Source: Archaeoglobus fulgidus DSM 4304 (GTDB lineage: Archaea; Halobacteriota; Archaeoglobi; Archaeoglobales; Archaeoglobaceae). Taken from it: DNA of 32,000 nt. The translations under genes were made by a program, and so were the position numbers. Below the pieces are notes generated by a model. That model did not search any database and was not told the origin of the DNA. It saw only the letters and a program-made list of their open reading frames with translations. This document shows, in pieces, positions 9,386-17,388 of the stretch. The stretch spans positions 120,001 to 152,000 of the forward strand of contig NC_000917.1 of the NCBI RefSeq assembly GCF_000008665.1. The letters run 5' to 3'. How positions within the stretch are numbered: the stretch's first letter is position 1; the number at the start of each line of letters is the position of its first letter.

Positions 9386-9885
9386 TTAGTTCGGATTACT
9401 TTTCTGACTGCTCCCTTTTCTCAAATTTTTTAAGCAAAGCAGCGTTCGCGCTCCGTGCACCAGCTTTCCTCCGTATTCGCCGGTTATAGCAAAGAATACC
9501 AGAGCCATTGCAAGGGCAGCAAGAGAGTAATCTGTCAGGGAGTGCAGCACAACATATACAACCACGAAAACGTAACCTACGATGCCCGTGATCACCTTTC
9601 TCTGAATTATTGGAACTTTCCTCATATCGTAGCGGTACTTCCAGTCTATAAGCCCTGTAAGCATCGTGAGAGGTGTAACAATTGCAACGAACGACATCAT
9701 CGCCATGCAGCGACATCTACACACGCTGGCAGAATTATGTGGGATACTGGAATGTAGCTCATAAATCTGTCTGACCTGGCAACTAAGGCTAAGGCGAAAG
9801 ATGCCGGTGTTATGCCGTTTGTGAAATGGGTAAGAATTGGATGCAAATTCCTCAGCGTTACAAATCTTACGAGAAGCGGTATCAT
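9386..9885 (-). pseudogene. DUF2231-like small membrane protein split by a frameshift
   Basis: ORF 9697-9885 (NLHPILTHFTNGITPASFALALVARSDRF...ILPACVDVAA) continues in another frame in ORF 9386-9724 (MMSFVAIVTPLTMLTGLIDWKYRYDMRK). Confidence 0.55.
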
Positions 9886-9934
9886 CAGCCGAGTTCCTTC
9901 AGATAGGCTATGATATCGTTCAAGTCCTCATCGC

Positions 9935-10174
9935 TCATCTGCCACCTTGGCATGCACCAGTCGAGGGTTTCGTTATCATGCTCCCCCCATTTGAACTGGA
10001 CTCAGCAGGACCCTGACAGCAGCCCGGTGGGTAGTAGCGCTCATCACTGTAGCCCATCATTCCGCCACCGTAGCCCATCATGGGCATGTAGCCGTAGGGA
10101 GTCAGGAAGTTCAGCAGGAAAATCACTACCGCTACAATGGCGATTATCACTACAATCAGTTCGGACTTTTCCAT
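9935..10174 (-). CDS. Small MMGY-type protein, paralogous in style to 6788-7087; the C-terminal frame is uncertain
   Basis: TM helix then YGYMPMMGYGGGMMGYSDERYYPPG; a better-looking C-terminus lies in another frame (see findings). Confidence 0.55.
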   Translation of the reverse strand: MEKSELIVVIIAIVAVVIFLLNFLTPYGYMPMMGYGGGMMGYSDERYYPPGCCQGPAESSSNGGSMITKPSTGACQGGR

Positions 10175-10212
10175 ATGATTTATTGTAAAGAATTGTTAAA
10201 ATTTTTCTAAAG

Positions 10213-10737
10213 CTATTGCAGCAGCCTCACCAGAGCCATAACCTGATGCAATCCAAAAATCGCCGTTGGAATTGCCGCACAAACTGCTGCCTGCTTTAAT
10301 TCAACATTGCGAGCGTTTTTAAGGGCGAAGGTCCAGATTAAGAAGCTCCAAGCAGTAACGGCGAGGTTCAGGAAGATGGCAGAATAAACGTAGCTGTCGG
10401 GGAAGTGGCTTACAAGTGATTTGACAAGAATTTCCGGATTTGCCGACAGCTCCTGCAGGTCAATTGTAGGGATTGTTGCTTCCTCAACATACTTCAGAGA
10501 CACCGGGATAGTTACAGCAGAGCCAAGCAAAGAGGGCATAAAGCCGTAGCCTGCGAACTCAAAGGTTCTTCTGAGCTCTCCTCTGCCATCAAAAAATGCT
10601 GAAAGACCGTGCATGACTGCAGCGATTATCAGCCACGCAGCAAAGAAACCGAGAAAGGTTGAAACAAGCTGTATGTACGCTCCCGCTATGAAGAAGGATT
10701 TAAGGCTTTCCGGAAGGGCTTGGGAGAGCTTCAGCAT
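10213..10737 (-). CDS. Yip1-like multi-pass membrane protein
   Basis: 174 aa hydrophobic ORF; RGELRRTFEFAGYGFMPSLLGSAV and AWSFLIWTFALKNARNVELKQAAVCAAIP pattern. Confidence 0.6.
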   Translation of the reverse strand: MLKLSQALPESLKSFFIAGAYIQLVSTFLGFFAAWLIIAAVMHGLSAFFDGRGELRRTFEFAGYGFMPSLLGSAVTIPVSLKYVEEATIPTIDLQELSANPEILVKSLVSHFPDSYVYSAIFLNLAVTAWSFLIWTFALKNARNVELKQAAVCAAIPTAIFGLHQVMALVRLLQ

Positions 10738-10972
10738 AAGCCTGTACTGGTAGAGGGCTGCAAGAAGCGAAATTCGAGAACGATCAATGCTGGTTTTTTA
10801 AGGTTGGTGTTTTGGCTGAGCATCAACCGGAAGAATTCGTCGGGGTTTGTTATTAGCTTCATGCTTGCACGGGACGGCATCGATTTTATAATATTTTGCT
10901 ATTTGCTACTAATGAGTAAAGATTAAATATAGCAAGTGTCAATGATTTTGTGAAGCATGTCGAGTTAGTTGG

Positions 10973-11230
10973 ATGGAGGCTGCGAGAGGGTGGGATGAAG
11001 AAGTGATGAAGTGGCTTGCAGTGGCGATTTGTTTGGCGATGGTTGGGATGGCTGTGATGCCAGCGTTTCAGCCACTAAACTTGGCTTTTGAGCTGTACTA
11101 CGGCCATCACGAATCGCTTCCGATTACGGCTGCCTCAGCAGCGTATGAGGGTATCGTTATCACAGCTACTTTGGCTGCCGCAGCAGCAACTGCGGAATTG
11201 GTGCACCTGTTGTTGCAGCAGTTCTTATAA
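10973..11230 (+). CDS. Hypothetical small membrane protein
   Basis: 85 aa ORF with two hydrophobic segments; the start may be the internal Met. Confidence 0.5.
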   Translation: MEAARGWDEEVMKWLAVAICLAMVGMAVMPAFQPLNLAFELYYGHHESLPITAASAAYEGIVITATLAAAAATAELVHLLLQQFL

Positions 11231-11329
11231 TGTCAAGTCCTATAGCGATAGAATAGCCATGAAACCGTTAGAAAAAGCTCTGTTCATAATCGGGGCTGGA
11301 GCACTGTCAAATTACATGTATTCAATTTT

Positions 11330-11629
11330 TTGTCATCCAAATACAGTGTCGATCCCGCATTCACAGTTTCAACGATGGTCTTTGCTTACGTGTTAGTCTC
11401 CGGGTTCATGTTGGTATTGGGGATAAAATACGGAAGAACGAAAATATATTCTGTTTGGAAAGCCGGATTGATAATCTTAGCGGGGTTTGCTGTAATATTC
11501 GCAGCCGCTTGGATAGCCTTCACCGGAACGTCTGCTAGTCAGGAAAGGATAGGGCTAGCTAAGAGTTTATCGGTAGTGATGGGTCTGATTGCTGGAGTTT
11601 TGTCAGTTTATGTCCTATCCAAAAGCTGA
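11330..11629 (+). CDS. Hypothetical small membrane protein
   Basis: 99 aa ORF with about three hydrophobic segments. Confidence 0.5.
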   Translation: MSSKYSVDPAFTVSTMVFAYVLVSGFMLVLGIKYGRTKIYSVWKAGLIILAGFAVIFAAAWIAFTGTSASQERIGLAKSLSVVMGLIAGVLSVYVLSKS

Positions 11630-11649
11630 AAGTTTTGTTTTTTCGGCAA

Positions 11650-12051
11650 TAATTTTTTCAACTTTCTTTTTGCTTGGGTACTATTTTGCGATTTCGTTTA
11701 TACTGCAAAAATATCCAGTGTAGATCATTTCACTCAAATATTTTTTAATAATGTCGAAGTTTGCCTGATTCGCATCATGGGTGGGGCAACACTTGGTGTC
11801 CCGACTTTCATACTTCTGGCTCTGAATGGCTTTACAGTTGGTCATCAACTTGGCTGTATGAATATAGGTTTAATTGAAAAGTTAAGTATACAATACCCCA
11901 TGGCATTCTCGAAATCCCTGCCATCATCATAGCTGGAGCAGCAGGATTCAAAATTCCGTATGAAATTGCAGCATGGGTTGAAGCCAATGTCACGCTGAAG
12001 ATGGCGAAATTGATGCTGAAGGGTGTTAAATATGAAAGGTAATTGGTAGCT
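11650..12051 (+). pseudogene. SpoIIM (DUF95)-family membrane protein remnant
   Basis: My manual translation gives IFFNNVEVCLIRIMGGATLGVPTFILLALNGFTVGHQLG in one frame and IPHGILEIPAIIIAGAAGFKIPYEIAAWVEANVTLKMAKLMLKGVKYER* in another. Confidence 0.65.
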
Positions 12052-12159
12052 GGAACAGATATGCCAAAGAGCCATCTAAAAGAAAGATTGTCAGATAATA
12101 AATCCCAGCATGTTATCTTAGCAACCTCATCGAATTTATAACGGAATCAGCGTGACGCC

Positions 12160-12488
12160 AATGTCCGCAAACACAGCCTCCCACATCGTCGCCATTCCTA
12201 TCAGAAAAAGACAAGAAGGTAGGAAAGCAGGATTTACCAAAACAAAATATTCCTGAAAAGCAGGCAGAGGCGAATTCGGACAGAAATGGAACGCTTGAAC
12301 TTCTCGAAAACCTGCTTGATGAGGATGAGCTGACAGTTATGAAAATATTGCTGGAGAACAACGGCATAACTACCCATTGCACTTCAGAACAGGCTTCTCC
12401 CAGTCAAAGATATCTATGATATGCAAAACCTACAGGATACATCTGAGCGACTGGCTGAAAGGTTTGGCGGGAAAAGTGGACTCCTGAA
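12160..12488 (+). pseudogene. Remnant of a winged-helix regulator related to 5354-5872
   Basis: LLENLLDEDELTVMKILLENNGIT (frame 1) then RTGFSQSKISMI-CKTYRIHLSDWLKGL (frame 3), matching the paralog with an internal gap. Confidence 0.65.
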
Positions 12489-12545
12489 TCCTTCAAGCTT
12501 TCAGGTTTTAGGGAGAATAGTTATATCTTAAAATACTTTATGTTA

Positions 12546-12857
12546 ATTATGAACGGATACATGCACCCCTACGCCTTTCCCTTCTTTGGAATGCTAATAT
12601 GGTGGATTCCGTGGCTGATTCTGGCCTATCTCGTGTATCAGGATGCAGAGAAAAGGGGAATGAACGGGCTGCTGTGGTTCATCCTCGTCATAATTCCGAT
12701 GCTCGGGATTCTTTTTCTGATTATATACATCGTTTTGAGGGAGAGCAAACCTGCGAGAGAGAAAACCCCCCTCGAAATCCTCAAGGAGAGGTATGCGAGG
12801 GGAGAGATAAGCGAGGAGGAGTACAGGAGGATGAAGGAGGAGTTGGAGGGGGGTTGA
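12546..12857 (+). CDS. Small membrane protein with PLDc_N-like TM region and C-terminal SHOCT domain
   Basis: FFGMLIWWIPWLILAYLVYQDAEKRG...PLEILKERYARGEISEEEYRRMKEEL. Confidence 0.8.
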   Translation: MMNGYMHPYAFPFFGMLIWWIPWLILAYLVYQDAEKRGMNGLLWFILVIIPMLGILFLIIYIVLRESKPAREKTPLEILKERYARGEISEEEYRRMKEELEGG

Positions 12858-12860
12858 GGG

Positions 12861-14933
12861 ATGCATGAACATGATAGTCATGGAGAGGCTGCGCACTCGA
12901 ACTCTGAAGACATGCAGATGATCCACCAGCACCACGAGCACCACGGGCATGAAGAAGAGCACTCAGCCCACCACGAAAAGATGAAACATTCTGCAGATCA
13001 CGGAGACCACCACCGAATGATGATGGAGGACTTCAAGAAGCGATTCTACGTTTCTACACTGCTAACAATCCCAATATTAATCCTCTCACCTGCAATCCAG
13101 ACCTTTCTCGGATTCAGAGTTGAGTTTGCAGGGTCTCTATACATCCTCTTCCTGCTCTCATCTGCAGTTTACTTTTACGGCGGTTACCCCTTCCTTAAGG
13201 GTATCTTTGACGAATTGAGGCGAAGACAGCCGGGGATGATGACTTTAATTGCCGTAGCGATAAGCGTCGCCTACTTCTACAGCTCCGCAGTCGTTTTTGG
13301 GTTGAAAGGCAAGTTCTTCTTCTGGGAGCTGGCTACGCTGATAGACATCATGCTCCTCGGCCACTATATCGAAATGCGCTCCGTTCTTGGAGCATCAAGG
13401 GCACTGGAGGAGCTTGTTAAGATTATGCCCTCTGAAGCCCACCTTCTGAAGGATGGAGAAATCGTTGAGGTTAAGGTTGAAAACCTGAAGCCCGGCGATA
13501 AAGTGCTGGTAAAGCCCGGAGAAAAGATTCCCGTTGATGGTATTGTTGTTGAGGGCGAGAGCTTTGTAAACGAGGCGATGCTAACAGGAGAATCAAAGCC
13601 GGTCGCCAAAAAGCCCGGTGACACAGTTATAGGCGGAGCGATAAATGGCGAGGGGTCGCTTGTAGTTGAGGTTGAGAAGACAGGAAAGGACACCTACCTG
13701 AATCAGGTCATCGAGCTTGTAAGGCAGGCTCAGGAGAGCAAGAGCAGAACACAGGATTTGGCGAACAGGGCAGCTTTACTCCTTACAGTCATCGCTTTAA
13801 CTGTGGGAAGTGTTACGCTCGCTATATGGCTTGCCTACATTGCAGATTTCGCCTTTGCGATTGAAAGGGCTGTGACGGTCATGGTTATAACCTGCCCCCA
13901 CGCTCTTGGGCTGGCAATTCCCTTGGTCGTTGCGGTTTCAACATCCCTTGCAGCAAAATCCGGGTTGCTAATAAGGGACAGGCAGGCCTTCGAGAGGGCG
14001 AAGGATTTGCAGGCTGTAATCTTCGACAAAACCGGCACTCTCACTGAAGGAAGATTTGGTGTTACTGATATTGTGGGGTTCAATCACAGCGAAGATGAGC
14101 TTCTCCAAATCGCCGCATCCCTCGAAGCGAGGTCTGAGCATCCCATTGCCGCTGCAATTGTTGAGGAGGCTGAGAAGAGGGGGTTTGGGCTAACAGAGGT
14201 GGAAGAATTCAGGGCGATTCCGGGAAAGGGTGTTGAGGGCATCGTTAACGGCAGGAGGTATATGGTTGTCAGTCCGGGATACATACGAGAGTTGGGTATT
14301 AAGACGGATGAGAGTGTTGAGAAGTTGAAGCAGCAGGGCAAAACGGTCGTCTTTATCCTGAAAAACGGAGAAGTTTCAGGAGTAATAGCTCTGGCAGACA
14401 GAATAAGGCCCGAATCGAGGGAAGCTATATCAAAGCTCAAGGCAATTGGGATAAAGTGCATGATGCTCACTGGCGATAACAGGTTCGTTGCGAAGTGGGT
14501 TGCTGAGGAGCTTGGACTGGATGACTACTTTGCCGAAGTTCTGCCCCATGAGAAGGCTGAGAAGGTTAAGGAGGTTCAGCAGAAGTACGTCACAGCGATG
14601 GTTGGTGACGGGGTCAACGACGCTCCAGCTTTAGCTCAGGCAGACGTTGGGATAGCAATCGGAGCGGGAACCGACGTTGCCGTTGAGACTGCGGACATCG
14701 TTCTGGTTAGGAACGACCCAAGAGATGTTGCTGCAATCGTTGAGCTATCAAGAAAAACCTACTCGAAGATGAAGCAGAATCTGCTTTGGGCCACTGGCTA
14801 CAACGCCTTCGCCATCCCCTTGGCCGCAGGAGTGCTTTACTCAGCCGGAATCCTGCTGAGTCCCGCTGTCGGAGCGATACTCATGAGCCTCAGCACCGTG
14901 ATTGTGGCCATTAATGCCAGATTGCTGCGGTAG
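12861..14933 (+). CDS. copB: Heavy-metal (copper) P1B-type ATPase, CopB type
   Basis: His-rich N-terminus; VITCPHALGLA (CPH), DKTGTLTEGRFG, GDGVNDAPALAQAD, 690 aa. Confidence 0.96.
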   Translation: MHEHDSHGEAAHSNSEDMQMIHQHHEHHGHEEEHSAHHEKMKHSADHGDHHRMMMEDFKKRFYVSTLLTIPILILSPAIQTFLGFRVEFAGSLYILFLLSSAVYFYGGYPFLKGIFDELRRRQPGMMTLIAVAISVAYFYSSAVVFGLKGKFFFWELATLIDIMLLGHYIEMRSVLGASRALEELVKIMPSEAHLLKDGEIVEVKVENLKPGDKVLVKPGEKIPVDGIVVEGESFVNEAMLTGESKPVAKKPGDTVIGGAINGEGSLVVEVEKTGKDTYLNQVIELVRQAQESKSRTQDLANRAALLLTVIALTVGSVTLAIWLAYIADFAFAIERAVTVMVITCPHALGLAIPLVVAVSTSLAAKSGLLIRDRQAFERAKDLQAVIFDKTGTLTEGRFGVTDIVGFNHSEDELLQIAASLEARSEHPIAAAIVEEAEKRGFGLTEVEEFRAIPGKGVEGIVNGRRYMVVSPGYIRELGIKTDESVEKLKQQGKTVVFILKNGEVSGVIALADRIRPESREAISKLKAIGIKCMMLTGDNRFVAKWVAEELGLDDYFAEVLPHEKAEKVKEVQQKYVTAMVGDGVNDAPALAQADVGIAIGAGTDVAVETADIVLVRNDPRDVAAIVELSRKTYSKMKQNLLWATGYNAFAIPLAAGVLYSAGILLSPAVGAILMSLSTVIVAINARLLR

Positions 14934-14934
14934 C

Positions 14935-15299
14935 ATGCACGACCACAGGGCGAGGGTTCTCATACTTCTTCTCTCAGTCTTGGCGTTTTACTTCTTCTTC
15001 GTATCCACGAAATACGGGGTCAGAAGCGGTTTTGAGGTAACCCTGCTTACCTGTTGTCCCCCGTTCTCTGCACACTGATAGCAGATGCGGAGTTCCTGCT
15101 TGACTTCCCCATCAGGTTGCTTTTCAAAGTCAGAATGCTTCATTCGGAGATTATTGTTTGGATTACGGCAATCTCCGCGAATTTCTACTTTCTACAAACT
15201 GCTGAGGAACTGTATGGCAAAACCTTCATCCTCATTGTTTTCCATTACATCCTCACCCAGCCAAATCCCTCAAAACCCCTTTCTGCTAAAAATAAATAA
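14935..15299 (+). pseudogene. Conserved membrane protein disrupted by one frameshift in a C5 run
   Basis: MHDHRARVLILLLSVLAFYFFFVSTKYGVRSGFEVTLLTCCPP (from 14935) continues out of frame as VLCTLIADAEFLLDFPIRLLFKVRMLHSEIIVWITAISANFYF (15054-15299). Confidence 0.6.
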
Positions 15300-15308
15300 A
15301 TTGAGCTT

Positions 15309-15917
15309 TCACTCCCCAACCGTCACACTTCCGTACCACGGAACCCAATTGCCCCATCCTGCAACGTGGCCGAAGGCTGCGTTCATGCCGGTGTAGAAGG
15401 CCATTATCCCGGCCACAACGAGGATTAATATGGCCAGAACACCCAGAACCCTGCCAATTCTCTGGATGGCAAGCGTCGGTGAAAGCAGAGCCGCAAGTCC
15501 TGTGAGGAAGAACATAAGCCCCGCCTCAAGCGGCTCTCTCGTCATCCCGTAGTTCCAGATTACGAAAGCATAGACGATTGTTGGCAGGCCAAGCGGAGCT
15601 ATTGCTCCAGCAGCTCTGATGTCAAGGCCCTTGAACAGAACAACCCCAACAACAAGGCTTGCAATGCCGAACAGTGCGAAAGAGTCTATGAGAACTATGT
15701 TGTTTGAGCCCGGCAGAGGCCAGGTCATCATCCCCCATAGACCGGCGACGAGGGCGTAAATCCCTACACCAATGAAGTACGCTCCCATTCCCCTGTTGCA
15801 GTCATCGTTCCTCTTCCCCCTCACCACATTCATATACACCGCGCACGCTGCAGCAAAGAGTGTTACGCCCAGCAGCATCAGCCACAGGTCGAGCGGGTCC
15901 ATAAACAGCAAGGCCAT
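15309..15917 (-). CDS. DUF981-like multi-pass membrane protein
   Basis: 202 aa; five to six hydrophobic segments, GSNNIVLIDSFALFGIASLVVGVVLFKGLDIRAAGAIAP. Confidence 0.7.
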   Translation of the reverse strand: MALLFMDPLDLWLMLLGVTLFAAACAVYMNVVRGKRNDDCNRGMGAYFIGVGIYALVAGLWGMMTWPLPGSNNIVLIDSFALFGIASLVVGVVLFKGLDIRAAGAIAPLGLPTIVYAFVIWNYGMTREPLEAGLMFFLTGLAALLSPTLAIQRIGRVLGVLAILILVVAGIMAFYTGMNAAFGHVAGWGNWVPWYGSVTVGE

Positions 15918-15931
15918 CCCATCACCACCCC

Positions 15932-15955
15932 AAACACTGTTACCTAACAGTGTTT
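15932..15955. promoter_or_regulatory. Perfect palindrome AAACACTGTTA-CC-TAACAGTGTTT upstream of 15309-15917; candidate operator
   Basis: 11-nt perfectly complementary arms, 2-nt spacer, in the promoter-proximal region. Confidence 0.65.
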
Positions 15956-16033
15956 ATATTTAACATTATAAGCATTATGCATTTTTGATTGCATTTTCAA
16001 AACCGATTTTAGGCCAACCAAAAACTTTTTAAA

Positions 16034-16050
16034 TTTAGGCTATCCTAAAC
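16034..16050. promoter_or_regulatory. Candidate DtxR-family-like operator TTTAGG-CTAT-CCTAAA
   Basis: 6-nt perfect arms around 4 nt, just upstream of FTR1-like gene; resembles half of the DtxR consensus TTAGGTTAGSCTAACCTAA. Confidence 0.5.
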
Positions 16051-16056
16051 ATAACG

Positions 16057-16890
16057 GTGTTAAAAATGATGGGGCAGATGGTCATAACGCTGAGGGAAGG
16101 GTTTGAGGCTGCACTGCTTGTGGCAGTACTCGTCGCCTACCTCAAGAGGAGCGGAAGGACTGAGGAAGTCAGATTCGCCTACTACGGCACAATTGCGGCA
16201 ATAGCTGCAGGATTTGCGATAGCTACTGCGGTGATAGTTGCCTACGGTGGCCTGCATGGGGAGCAGAAGGAGCTTTTCGAGGGCTTTGCCTCCTACTTGG
16301 CAGTTGGAGTCCTCACATACATGATTCTCTGGATGGCAGGGAAAGACGTCAGGGGAGAGGTTGAGAGAAGGGCAGAGGCCAAATTCAAGTGGGGGATAGC
16401 ATTGATAGCCTTCGTTTTCGTTGTGAGGGAAGTGATAGAGACTGTTCTGTTTCTAACGCCCTTCGCCATCGCAGAATTCACTACTACCGTCATTGGGGCT
16501 TCAGCTGGTGCAGCGGTTGCAATAACGCTTGCAGTGCTGATACTGAGGTTTGAATACAGGATGAGCCTCAGGAGGTTCTTCTATGCAACAAGCGTTCTGC
16601 TGGCTTTCATCGCAGCTGGACTGCTTGGATACGGCACCCACGAGTTCGTGGAGGTTCTTGAAGAAGAGGGATTTGAGCACCCGCTCTTCGAGAAAGCCTA
16701 CAGCCTTGGAATTGACGAGTCGAACCCTCTGCACCACAAGGGGCTGATTGGAGGCATTTTGGCGGTGATGTTCGGCTACTCTGCAAGCATGGAGTGGGTC
16801 AGGCTGATTTTGCAGCTCGGATACCTTGCAGCAATGCTCGGACTAATCCACAGATCTTACGGCAGGGTTACTGAAAGGGCTGAAGTTTGA
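16057..16890 (+). CDS. FTR1-like iron/lead permease family membrane protein
   Basis: ITLREGFEAALLVAVLVAYL; second degenerate motif VVREVIETVLFLTPF; multi-pass. Confidence 0.85.
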   Translation: MLKMMGQMVITLREGFEAALLVAVLVAYLKRSGRTEEVRFAYYGTIAAIAAGFAIATAVIVAYGGLHGEQKELFEGFASYLAVGVLTYMILWMAGKDVRGEVERRAEAKFKWGIALIAFVFVVREVIETVLFLTPFAIAEFTTTVIGASAGAAVAITLAVLILRFEYRMSLRRFFYATSVLLAFIAAGLLGYGTHEFVEVLEEEGFEHPLFEKAYSLGIDESNPLHHKGLIGGILAVMFGYSASMEWVRLILQLGYLAAMLGLIHRSYGRVTERAEV

Positions 16891-16952
16891 TTTTTTTCAT
16901 ATTCGAAGATTTTAGGGAAAAGGTAGATGTTGATTGCTGACTAAGTTGGACC

Positions 16953-17375
16953 ATGCAGGAGGTAAAGCAGTGGCCGGTTAAGATCATGCTCGTCCACCCC
17001 AAGGCACCCTTCCTGAAGGGGGAGAAGATAGTCATCGCTGCCGATTGTGCCGTGCTGGTTAACAGAGACATCAGGGACAGGTTTGAGAGCGATGCGGTCA
17101 TCATAGGCTGTCCCATGCTCGAAGACCCCAGAAGGATGTTCGAGAGAATCAAGATGATTGTAGCGGAGAGCGATGCAAAGCTTGAGGTTTACACCATGGA
17201 GGTTCCATGCTGCCACGCACTCCATTTGATGGTTGAGAAGGCGAAGGAGGAGCACGGAAAGCAGACTGAGTCTGAGAAATACATTGTGAGGGTGAGCGGT
17301 GCTGTCGAGCCCTACTCGAAGAAAATTGATGAGAGCATGATTGAGGCTGAGAGGAGAGCCCACAGGGGACACTGA
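16953..17375 (+). CDS. Conserved domain usually fused C-terminal to a 2[4Fe-4S] ferredoxin-like domain
   Basis: VKQWPVKIMLVHPKAPFLKGEKIVIAADCAVLV, VIIGCPMLED, VYTMEVPCCHALHLMVEKA. Confidence 0.65.
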   Translation: MQEVKQWPVKIMLVHPKAPFLKGEKIVIAADCAVLVNRDIRDRFESDAVIIGCPMLEDPRRMFERIKMIVAESDAKLEVYTMEVPCCHALHLMVEKAKEEHGKQTESEKYIVRVSGAVEPYSKKIDESMIEAERRAHRGH

Positions 17376-17388
17376 GGGGGACGCTGAA

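Noticed and set aside
10738-10972. 235-nt intergenic gap inspected for tRNA or small RNA
   Set aside because: No tRNA-like TTCRANNC box or paired arms could be supported by hand; the short ORF 10720-10926 is not convincing.
11845-12075. Minus-strand 76 aa Cys-rich ORF MALWHICSSYQL... and 12113-12382 Ser-rich ORF
   Set aside because: The plus strand in the same regions gives SpoIIM-like and wHTH-like segments; the minus ORFs are their antisense.
13364-13693. Antisense ORFs within copB (13364-13693, 13835-14083, 14084-14470)
   Set aside because: Composition (Ser/Thr/Pro-rich) is typical of the reverse complement of a coding sequence; the plus-strand ATPase is unambiguous.
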